A DNA stretch of 57,930 nt, taken from NCBI RefSeq assembly GCF_029250625.1, contig NZ_JAQXEX010000032.1; one strand, given 5' to 3'. The position numbers and the translations under genes are program-made. Numbering within the stretch: the stretch's first letter is position 1; each line of letters begins with the position of its first letter. The notes beneath the pieces were generated by a model that was not told the origin of the DNA, ran no database searches, and saw only the letters and a program-made list of their open reading frames with translations. Shown in pieces: positions 37,201 to 44,649 of the stretch. The stretch comes from Poseidonia sp. (GTDB lineage Archaea > Thermoplasmatota > Poseidoniia > Poseidoniales > Poseidoniaceae).

Positions 37201-37252
37201 GGACGATGTGATGGATGCTTCGCTCATTGACGATGTCGTTGATGTTTGGTGA
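34250..37252 (+). CDS. RND-superfamily exporter (MMPL/COG1033-like), 12 TM with two large extracytoplasmic loops
   Basis: Two homologous halves, each a large soluble loop followed by a ~5-6-helix bundle (FRLFWEIFPMAVVLVAIGLF...; GSQWTSLGFAIILTLITLAIVF...VGVGVDFSIHIANR). I prefer the ATG at 34250, which has GGGGTGA 5 nt upstream. Confidence 0.75.
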   Translation: MVKKDESVPASDGRKSSGEKLRNFRSQVVGQLKTIDSKRGMDAVLDAPKRMKREWQKSGATGAITRFPIPTVLVFLLLTVYFVTQSGFLDDTRFDDDPNNPALNVNGDMEVYLPDGSQVAELLAKVEEDWSTNVMVVYIESDNQNITDQRILQEISYVESILNPYLSDDSDDVIYILSLSTVLKEVNSSAPRIREALVTEAGNLGCATGQENCATAGLAEQLNDALELTDEQFGGSYEIPSQTTIDLVVEEMYEEDGSPSSGLNKLARDVGGGENGTPDGLLDRAIMAIAVTEERPAKDIIADTQFILDNISSKDRPCLFAEDGSPADNSLCNWEDLGLSMVLTGPVPITNAVTEFSFRLFWEIFPMAVVLVAIGLFLFHSDLLQAGLTGMRPIQGLKVLIIAGLPTLCAVFWTLGLIGATNYEVTMTVIIVGPILLALGVSYGLHITNRYAEEEGTRSEKMRASLNSTGKAVFLSAVTTVIGFISLVFTPMAPIQTVGIALSAGIVIVYILTMFMVPNLTLILDLKKPKHPPLRAFDVLVEVPVKYNKGVIGVFLLLILLSATVGQANVEENIDLLGMAPEGESPVVKMKQYSKEFEAGQVGMVLINANVSGDIRDGDPSNDDPATMLKKIDNLESKLNGIENTTAVSVVFLMKSSGVKGSISGEQANTFIQETPCIVAQEQCDDFKDLSEVLLGNNLAINTSFWDLLTDPSEYGLPGSRQTQIFLLDVFYASLTKETREIFVSEDFSRSLIYVDMPFIPVADTARSVEVVNQNTDSFRGDFGETAEDLTGVAATAIEVNRLIVGSQWTSLGFAIILTLITLAIVFRDVRYSIWTTSPVIATVALQWLVMWRMDVPLSLVTVMIGSILVGVGVDFSIHIANRIRELGGGIQAIRSAAVGTGMSLFEAAVVTSLGMFAAYDIPIPEIRPFITVILILLWVAAASALILLPAIFVTLEKMGIGAVGGANGMARRLGLVEDASYVLDDVMDASLIDDVVDVW

Positions 37253-37289
37253 GCGAGCATTCAATAGACCTCCTGTTCCACGAAACATC

Positions 37290-37769
37290 ATGAACTGCTG
37301 GCTGATGAAGTCTGAACCTCATGTCTACCCTTACGAGCAACTTGTTGAGGACGGCCAGACACATTGGGATGGAGTTCGTAATTATCAGGCTCGGAACATG
37401 ATGCGAGATGCCATGAAGGTTGACGATTTGGTACTTTTTTATCATTCGAACACCAAACCTCCTCATGTGGCTGGAGTGGCCAAAGTCGTGAATGAAGGGT
37501 ATCCCGACTTTACATCATGGGATGCAGATGGGCATTATTTTGACCCGAAGTCAACCCCGGAACATCCACGTTGGTTCATGATTGATATTGCGCCCGTACT
37601 TGGTTTCGATACCATCGTCACTCTTCCGGCGATGAAAGCGAACCCGAGTCTTGAGGGCATGCCCCTTTTGCGAAAGGGACAACGGCTGTCAGTCCAGCCG
37701 GTAGATGAGGTGTACTTTGACGAGGTTCTTGCTATGGCTGGACTTTCTCGAGCCACCATCAATGAATAA
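37290..37769 (+). CDS. EVE (PUA-like) domain protein, stand-alone
   Basis: MNCWLMKSEPHVYPYEQL...HWDGVRNYQARNMMRD.MKVDDLVLFYHSN..PHVAGVAKVV..YPD: the typical EVE/Thy28-like pattern. The track start at 37215 overlaps the RND gene end. Confidence 0.75.
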   Translation: MNCWLMKSEPHVYPYEQLVEDGQTHWDGVRNYQARNMMRDAMKVDDLVLFYHSNTKPPHVAGVAKVVNEGYPDFTSWDADGHYFDPKSTPEHPRWFMIDIAPVLGFDTIVTLPAMKANPSLEGMPLLRKGQRLSVQPVDEVYFDEVLAMAGLSRATINE

Positions 37770-37815
37770 GCACTGAAAGTTGAAAAAACGGAATCGTTTA
37801 GGAATGCTGAGCCCC

Positions 37816-39027
37816 ATGTCCGATCAAGTGCCTGTATCAGAACGTGCGGCCAACATCGAGTACGCCATTCGTGACGTTGTGGTGCCTGCAACCAAACTTG
37901 AGGAGGAAGGTCATCGCATCCTCAAACTTAACATCGGGGACCCAATTGCATACCCTGGACTTCCAACGCCTCAACACATGGTGGATGCATATGCACAAGC
38001 ACTACAAGACGGTAAAAACGGATATTCCCCTTCATATGGTCTTCCCGAATTGCGGACAGCAATTGCCAAGGATGAGCAACACAAAGGTTGGAATGCTCGT
38101 CCTGAGGACATCTATGTCTGTCATGGGGTGACTGAAGCGCTGCAGATTATCTTCGCAGCCATCTTGGAAGAGGGGACAAAGGTACTCGCTCCCGGCCCTC
38201 ACTACCCTCCTTACATGGCGTATCCACAAATGTACGGGGCAACGACCGTTGAATACAAACTTCAGCATCAAAACGGTTGGAAATTAGACTTTGACGATAT
38301 TGAATCCAAAATGGACGATCATGTTCGACTTTTGGTGCTCATTAATCCGAACAATCCTTGCGGGACCGTTTCAGATGCCGAGGACATTGACCGTCTGTTG
38401 AAGATTGCAGCAAACTACCCGAACTGTGTCATTGTAGCAGATGAGATCTACGACGGATTGGACTTTACCGGCCGCCATGTTTCGGTTGCGAGTCGCAACA
38501 GTGACCTACCGGTCATTGTTCTCAACGGTGTATCCAAGGTGTACTATGCACCTGGTTGGCGCATCGGCTACATGGCACTCCACGACCCGAAAGGACGTAT
38601 GAAAGACCTTAGAGATGGCATAGAACGACTCCTTCGTTCAAGATTGTGTGCATCAACACCAGCTCAAATAGGATATTTGGCGGGTTTGACTGGGGACAAG
38701 TCATGGATGGTAGAATACCGTTCAAAAGTAGAAGCCCAAAGGGATTATTGCATCCAGAGAATCGACTCTATTGATGGTATCGAAGTTGAATCCCCAGGTG
38801 GTGCCTTCTACATGTTTGTTCGGCTTACAGATGAGAAATGGTCGGATTCAGACAAAGACTTCGTCCTTGACTTGCTCCATGAAGAACATGTTCTTCTCGT
38901 TCACGGTAGTGGCTTCTCACCAAAACTCGGCAAAGGCCACTTCAGATTGGTCTACCTACCTGCAATTGATGTTCTTAAAGAGGCATTTGACCGAATTGAG
39001 AGATTTTTAGAAAGAAGGCGAATTTGA
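37816..39027 (+). CDS. Class I pyridoxal-phosphate aminotransferase, alanine aminotransferase-like
   Basis: IEYAIRDVVVPATKLEEEGHRILKLNIGDP resembles Pyrococcus AlaAT VEYAIRDVVLPARELEKKGIKVIRLNIGDP (from memory). PLP-Lys region NGVSKVYYAPGWRIGY. The start is chosen by N-terminal length; the track TTG at 37780 is possible. Confidence 0.8.
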   Translation: MSDQVPVSERAANIEYAIRDVVVPATKLEEEGHRILKLNIGDPIAYPGLPTPQHMVDAYAQALQDGKNGYSPSYGLPELRTAIAKDEQHKGWNARPEDIYVCHGVTEALQIIFAAILEEGTKVLAPGPHYPPYMAYPQMYGATTVEYKLQHQNGWKLDFDDIESKMDDHVRLLVLINPNNPCGTVSDAEDIDRLLKIAANYPNCVIVADEIYDGLDFTGRHVSVASRNSDLPVIVLNGVSKVYYAPGWRIGYMALHDPKGRMKDLRDGIERLLRSRLCASTPAQIGYLAGLTGDKSWMVEYRSKVEAQRDYCIQRIDSIDGIEVESPGGAFYMFVRLTDEKWSDSDKDFVLDLLHEEHVLLVHGSGFSPKLGKGHFRLVYLPAIDVLKEAFDRIERFLERRRI

Positions 39028-39075
39028 GGAACTTGCAGCGGAAGAGTTGATGAATCAACTCTCTGCCCGTAATGT

Positions 39076-42000
39076 ATGGGAGCGCACAGGTTTGCGATGA
39101 TTTGGGTCGTTTCGACCTTGTTCGCTTTCTTGTTCATTCCTACTGCATCTGCAGTATCAGTGACACAAACTGAGGGTTTCTCAACAGGACTTATTTGGCC
39201 TCTTTTAGTTTCAATTTCTGTCGCATTTCTTGTCAGGCGTTGGTTCATACCTCAACAACTCAAGAACCTCCAAGTGGCGTTTGAGATTGATGACGATCTC
39301 TATGAAGTCCACCGGATTACACGTACTCTGAAAGATTCACGTCGTCTCCTCAAAGAAGGACTTGTTGGCTACGGTGTGCTCCTCTACATGATGGGGCTGA
39401 CTGGGGTCTTGCTTCTCATCGCAGAATTGTTATTTGACCCATCCAATTTCTACAAAGTGAACCTCTACGTCATCGGCGTGCTCATTCTCATTCCAGTATT
39501 CATTTCTCCGTGGGAAACCTTGAACGGACAAATTCTCGGAAGGAGAACGAGAGAAGTGAAGTCGTCTAAAACCAACGATTTCATCCGAAGAGTCTTTACA
39601 ATGGCTCTCTTGATTATTGTGACCCTCATTGTGGTAGTCTATGGCTACAGTATTAACGGGTCCATTACACCAACATGGCTTGCCTTTGCAATGCTGACCT
39701 TCATGGCTCCGACCATTTTCGCCTATGGCCGAATCATGGGGGCTTCCTGGAACATGCTTCTCATCAGTAAGTGGAGGACGTTTAGGGGTAGGGCGAACCC
39801 CATCGACCCGATTATTCCGTCATTCGTCGGACGTACTTTTTCATTCATCCTTGTGTTGTTCCTCCTCACCATGCCCATTACTGCACTCAACGGCATCGTA
39901 ACGGTGCTCCATATCATGCTCAACAACCCCGCAAACGCAGAAGAGGTCTTGAATTATGGCGGCATCATCGGACATTCAATTTTCGTTCGTATCGACTTGA
40001 TTTCGGAGATTCTCTTCCACTGGGAATTCATCAAAGCCCTTCCGCAGTTCCTTTCGCTCTACCTCACAATGAACATCGCAATTGTTGGTCTTGCATTCAT
40101 TTTTGAACTCACACGTAACTTGATTCTAGGGGGGCAAACATTCGGTGGACTGTTTGGAGTTACCTTGGATACGCCTCGCGAAATTAGGACTGAGAAATCG
40201 GCACAAGCTCGACAATTGATCTTTGCCTTTGCTGGGTTTTCGGGTTATACAGTACTGTTGCTTGTTCTCGTGTGTTACAAGGAATTTGGTTCCTTAATGC
40301 CAATGACTACCTGGCTTGAAGGGAGAGGGTTTGATGAAGAAATGCGTCTGCTCACCGTATGGCTGTTTATCGCAGTCGGTCAAGCTGTCTTCATGCTAAC
40401 GTGGATTCTGTCAATTGTTCGTTTCGGTACACTTCGAAAGCTTCGCTTTGACCTCAATCCCGATGAGCGTCGAGAAGGTGCGGTGAAGGTTGAGGGTGGA
40501 GATCGTCTACAATTAATGGTCGAAACGGCGGCCTACAATGAAGACATCGATTTGCTCATCCGTGTTCAAACACATGACTTCCCTGGTGATCAAGCATTGA
40601 TTCGTCAGGAACAATCCCGCGCCTCAATGTGGGAAAAGGCACTGCGTGGACTTTGGCCACAGGCCATTGAAGAAAGTCGTAAACTTCTCGCTCAAGCTGG
40701 TGGAGACGATGATGAAGCGAGGATGATCATCGCCACCGGTTACATGGCATTGAGACGACTCGATGCCGCCCGTGAAGCCCTGCATGGCCTTCAACAGCCC
40801 GAAGGATACGATGAACCTGAACTTCTTTCGTTTGTCTGTGAATGGCTGGACCCATGGAATGGGACGGTAACAGAAGACGACCTCTGGGACTGGGAAAACA
40901 ATTCAGTTATTGATCACCTTCAAATGCTCCAAAATATGATGCGTTATTGGAACCCACAACCAAAGGAACTGAGCATGCATAAGGATCGTATTTCTTTGGT
41001 TGGGCAATTGTCCATGGTAGCCTTGTTAAGAGCTCAACGAAAATACGATGAGGCTTTGGAATTGGCGTTGACCTTGGTCCGTCAAGACCCAATTGGGGTT
41101 CGCCCCCGTGTAGCAGTTTCTCTCTGTCTTTTGGATACAGGTGAGTGGCATGATGCGAAATCAGTTTTGGATGAACTCATCAAGAGCGATGCCAAAGACC
41201 CACGCGTCATGGCATTGGCCGTTATCTTTGGATACGGCAAGAAAGGGAAAGAACACCTCGAGGTTTCGCTACTGCTTGACGATGAAAAGGAGAAGAGGCG
41301 ATGGGTTGATGCGGCTCCAGTCAATGCTTTCGCTGGCTTGGCCGTTAAGGGTGGCTTGGACGAAGCGATTACGGCAAACGTCATGGTTGCAGCACATGAA
41401 GCAACACGGCACGTGATGCCGCCGCGCTATTCGGCAAGCCCCATCTCAATTATTTTCACGTTCTTCGTTTTGGTCCCTCTTTGGTTTGTTCTCAGCATTC
41501 TCACCTACCAAGAAGTGGGTAAAAATGAAGGTGCTGCCTTGCTCGTCGTCTTGCTATTCTTGCACTTTTCTTACCGTAGGTTCATGGCCCAACAAGAGCA
41601 TTTGATCAAGCATCGTGACCAACGTGGTATGATGAAATATGTCCGCCGAATGAAGCGATTCAAAGCAACTCCTAACGGAAGCAATATTCCGATAGGAAAC
41701 CACCTTCTCATGTCTGGCATTCTCGTTTCAGTGAACGGGGTCGTATTGGACATCGGTATGCCGGCTTGGCTCCAAGACCGGTTGCCCAAGGAATCAGAAA
41801 AGAAAGTCAAGAGTCGACTGAAGCGAAGGGCTGTTTCAATGGCGAAAGGTCGCCCTCCAAGGGTTCAACCGTTGGGCAAAGCTTGGTGGTTAAAGCGCCC
41901 AAGGGAGCATGACGAATCTGGGCCTTTATTGGAACGATTCATCGGTCCAGTAGCCTATCGCGGACGGGCGAATTACATCCAGAAAAAGGGCGGAAATTAT

Positions 42001-42123
42001 CTGAATGCTATCGCTCAAGGGAAGGAACAGGATTCCATGAGCGACCGCATCATTCCACGAAACACAATACGTAACGAAAACCGTCCTGGTGGTCCTCCGA
42101 ACAGGCGTCCAGGTCGAATGTGA
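39076..42123 (+). CDS. Orphan 1015-aa polytopic membrane protein with central TPR-like helical domain and very basic C-terminal tail
   Basis: Signal-like N-terminus and ~10 TM helices (aa 1-470). A ~330-aa soluble helical-repeat region follows (ALRGLWPQAIEESRKLL, YDEALELALTLVRQDP, GEWHDAKSVLDELIKSD). Then 2 more TM helices and a ~190-aa Arg/Lys-rich tail ending RPGGPPNRRPGRM. Confidence 0.6.
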   Translation: MGAHRFAMIWVVSTLFAFLFIPTASAVSVTQTEGFSTGLIWPLLVSISVAFLVRRWFIPQQLKNLQVAFEIDDDLYEVHRITRTLKDSRRLLKEGLVGYGVLLYMMGLTGVLLLIAELLFDPSNFYKVNLYVIGVLILIPVFISPWETLNGQILGRRTREVKSSKTNDFIRRVFTMALLIIVTLIVVVYGYSINGSITPTWLAFAMLTFMAPTIFAYGRIMGASWNMLLISKWRTFRGRANPIDPIIPSFVGRTFSFILVLFLLTMPITALNGIVTVLHIMLNNPANAEEVLNYGGIIGHSIFVRIDLISEILFHWEFIKALPQFLSLYLTMNIAIVGLAFIFELTRNLILGGQTFGGLFGVTLDTPREIRTEKSAQARQLIFAFAGFSGYTVLLLVLVCYKEFGSLMPMTTWLEGRGFDEEMRLLTVWLFIAVGQAVFMLTWILSIVRFGTLRKLRFDLNPDERREGAVKVEGGDRLQLMVETAAYNEDIDLLIRVQTHDFPGDQALIRQEQSRASMWEKALRGLWPQAIEESRKLLAQAGGDDDEARMIIATGYMALRRLDAAREALHGLQQPEGYDEPELLSFVCEWLDPWNGTVTEDDLWDWENNSVIDHLQMLQNMMRYWNPQPKELSMHKDRISLVGQLSMVALLRAQRKYDEALELALTLVRQDPIGVRPRVAVSLCLLDTGEWHDAKSVLDELIKSDAKDPRVMALAVIFGYGKKGKEHLEVSLLLDDEKEKRRWVDAAPVNAFAGLAVKGGLDEAITANVMVAAHEATRHVMPPRYSASPISIIFTFFVLVPLWFVLSILTYQEVGKNEGAALLVVLLFLHFSYRRFMAQQEHLIKHRDQRGMMKYVRRMKRFKATPNGSNIPIGNHLLMSGILVSVNGVVLDIGMPAWLQDRLPKESEKKVKSRLKRRAVSMAKGRPPRVQPLGKAWWLKRPREHDESGPLLERFIGPVAYRGRANYIQKKGGNYLNAIAQGKEQDSMSDRIIPRNTIRNENRPGGPPNRRPGRM

Positions 42124-42187
42124 ATGATATTTTTCCTAAAGTTCTCATTGCAATCAATTCAAAGACCGTATTTGATGTGAGTTAGAT

Positions 42188-43501
42188 ATGGGCAAATCAC
42201 AGGGCGCATGGACGCCCTCCGAAGAAAACTGGGCTAACGGGAAAACCGTCATGGACGCTGTAAAATCTAGCGGGCGACTGTATCGCGATGGGCTCGGCAT
42301 GATCGCCTCCGAAAACATCGTTTCACCCATGGTCCAAGATATTGTTTCCAGCGACCTCCACGGCCGCTATGCGGAAGGGCTTCCTGGAAAGCGCTACTAT
42401 CAAGGGTGTGACGATTTTGACACCATTGAAGCATTGGGTATTCAGTTGGCGAAATCAGTATTTAATGCACCCTTTGCCAACATTCAATCGGTCTCCGGCA
42501 CGGTTAGCAACATTGGCGCTCTCAAGGCACTCGCCAAGCCAGGTGATGCCATAACTGCCGTGTCTACAGCCGATGGTGGGCACATCTCACACGCTCGTAT
42601 GGGTGCAGTTGGACTGCGTGACTTGAATTTGACAACATATCCCTGGGATGAAGACCGCATGGAGCCAGATGTTGAGGCAGCGTGCAAAGTTATTCGTGAA
42701 ACCAAGCCTAAAATTGCCCTGTTTGGACAATCCGTATTTCTGTTCCCAACACCTTTGAAGGAAATGGCAGATGCTGCGAAGGAAGTTGATGCCAAGGTGA
42801 TGTACGACGGTGCCCATGTTTTGGGCCTTATTGCTGGAGGAGAATTTCAGGACCCGCTCAGAGAGGGTGCAGATGTTATGACCGGTTCAAGCCACAAGAC
42901 ATTCCCCGGACCACAGGGAGGGTTTTTGCTCTCCTCGTCAGAGGATGAACGTTTCCAAAAGAGATTAAACAACGCTATGTTCCCCGGAGTTTGTTCATCG
43001 TACCACCTTCATCACGTTGCTGGAAAGGTGATGGCTCTCTCAGAATTCCAAGAATACGGAGCTGCCTATGCAAAAGATACGGTTCGAAATGCGAAAGCAT
43101 TTGCTGGAGCCCTCGCTGCTGAGGGATTTGACGTGTTGGCTGAAAGTCGTGGTTACACAGCGTCTCACCAAGTGCTTACGCGTCATGGGACTACCGATTC
43201 AGGAGCAGGTACGAAAGCCGCTCAGTTGCTCGAAGACGGTGGGATTGTGACCAACATGAACATGTTGCCCGGCGATACCAAGGCGTTGACACCCTCCGGC
43301 TTACGACTGGGTGTTCAAGAATTGACTCGGGTTGGATTTACACCCGATGAAATGCAAGATGTAGCCCGTTTTTATGCTCGCATTTTGATCCATGGCGAAG
43401 ACCCTTCTAAGGTACGGGTTGATGTAAAGGATTTGAAATCACAATTCCAAACCATTCGTTATTGTTTCAATGAAGATGGGCGAAGTGGATATCCTCTTTG
43501 A
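42188..43501 (+). CDS. glyA: Serine hydroxymethyltransferase
   Basis: LGMIASENIVSP, GRYAEGLPGKRYYQGC and PLP-Lys motif GSSHKTFPGPQGG. Confidence 0.9.
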   Translation: MGKSQGAWTPSEENWANGKTVMDAVKSSGRLYRDGLGMIASENIVSPMVQDIVSSDLHGRYAEGLPGKRYYQGCDDFDTIEALGIQLAKSVFNAPFANIQSVSGTVSNIGALKALAKPGDAITAVSTADGGHISHARMGAVGLRDLNLTTYPWDEDRMEPDVEAACKVIRETKPKIALFGQSVFLFPTPLKEMADAAKEVDAKVMYDGAHVLGLIAGGEFQDPLREGADVMTGSSHKTFPGPQGGFLLSSSEDERFQKRLNNAMFPGVCSSYHLHHVAGKVMALSEFQEYGAAYAKDTVRNAKAFAGALAAEGFDVLAESRGYTASHQVLTRHGTTDSGAGTKAAQLLEDGGIVTNMNMLPGDTKALTPSGLRLGVQELTRVGFTPDEMQDVARFYARILIHGEDPSKVRVDVKDLKSQFQTIRYCFNEDGRSGYPL

Positions 43502-43512
43502 GGTGCAGGTGA

Positions 43513-44556
43513 ATGGCCGATGAACCGTCCCCCCTTCATTCGGAATTCCTTCTCACTGATGCTGGAACCATTATTGATTCTCATGGCTCAGCCGTGATGT
43601 TGCTAGGCGTTAATGAATTCAATGAATGGTGGGGCTGTTTTGAATCCTATTTTCAGGCCCCCATTGGTCGGAAATTGATCTATGCAGCCAGTGATGACGA
43701 GGAGCATCATTTGGGAATTCACTCGCTGTATACGATTCCGAAATGGTTTGGCAAGGCATCGGTTTTGGAACGAATGAACCAACGTTGGATTACGATGGGC
43801 TGGGGCGTGCATTTGCCCGTGGAATCACGGATTCAATCGCCCTGTCATGACGCATTAGGTGCTGGTTTTGCTTTGGCTCACCATGAGCATAAAAGTGGTA
43901 AAAGGTACCAGATGGAGTGGAGACAACTCAATTCCGACTTCATTCAACTTGAATACGCTGAAAAGTTAGATGAAATACCACTTGCCCCGGAAGCAATGGC
44001 TCCGTCATGGGTTCCAAGTCAGGGTCATCCACTTCTCAAGAGTGCACCTCTTGACCACGATTTTGAATCTCGTTCATTTGGTTTTTTCATGGGGCGAGAA
44101 CGGGCCATGTTTCTACCGATTTCTGTCTTTTACCGACTCTACAATGGTGTTCTTGGAAGGCCGTTTCAATCGGACTTAAAGTGGCCTGAACTGTTGAATA
44201 TAGAAGGGCTTGATGATTCGTCTTCTTCCTTGACAACGGCGCTTGCCGCATCATCATCTTCAATGTTCAAAGGTTCCGATTATACCATCTTTGTTCAAAC
44301 TCAATCGGATTGGGAATCTCACATCAATGCACGTATTTCTTCTCGAGGGATGGGCACCGTCAATATCGAAGAATTCGTTGGTGGAACTTCTCCGTCGGTT
44401 CGCATGACCCTCGCTTCTCCTCTTCCGGGATTGACTCTGGGTCTGCTGATTGCTATGTGGGAGAGGGCTCATGGCGCACCTTGCAGTGCAAACGTTGTTT
44501 TTACAGACAAAACTGCGTTAATTTCCCTGCATCCGCGAAGGGTAGAATATTCTTAG
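43513..44556 (+). CDS. Hypothetical protein (347 aa), SD-coupled 12 nt downstream of glyA
   Basis: Long ORF with GAGGTG upstream of the ATG. No TM segment or signal peptide. It looks like two similar halves, but I cannot assign a family. Confidence 0.5.
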   Translation: MADEPSPLHSEFLLTDAGTIIDSHGSAVMLLGVNEFNEWWGCFESYFQAPIGRKLIYAASDDEEHHLGIHSLYTIPKWFGKASVLERMNQRWITMGWGVHLPVESRIQSPCHDALGAGFALAHHEHKSGKRYQMEWRQLNSDFIQLEYAEKLDEIPLAPEAMAPSWVPSQGHPLLKSAPLDHDFESRSFGFFMGRERAMFLPISVFYRLYNGVLGRPFQSDLKWPELLNIEGLDDSSSSLTTALAASSSSMFKGSDYTIFVQTQSDWESHINARISSRGMGTVNIEEFVGGTSPSVRMTLASPLPGLTLGLLIAMWERAHGAPCSANVVFTDKTALISLHPRRVEYS

Positions 44557-44649
44557 AAAACCTAACGCACAGTCCATTCTAAGCGCTTTATTCTGCCCAT
44601 CTGTGGTCAAGGACTATAACCGATACGGCGACTCGGAAGAGTTGCACAG

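Noticed and set aside
39043-39062. 8-bp hairpin AGAGTTGA-TGAA-TCAACTCT after the aminotransferase gene, as a terminator
   Set aside because: No oligo-T tract follows it. The stem is short and the spacer is only 48 nt. It is noted as context for the downstream orphan gene only.
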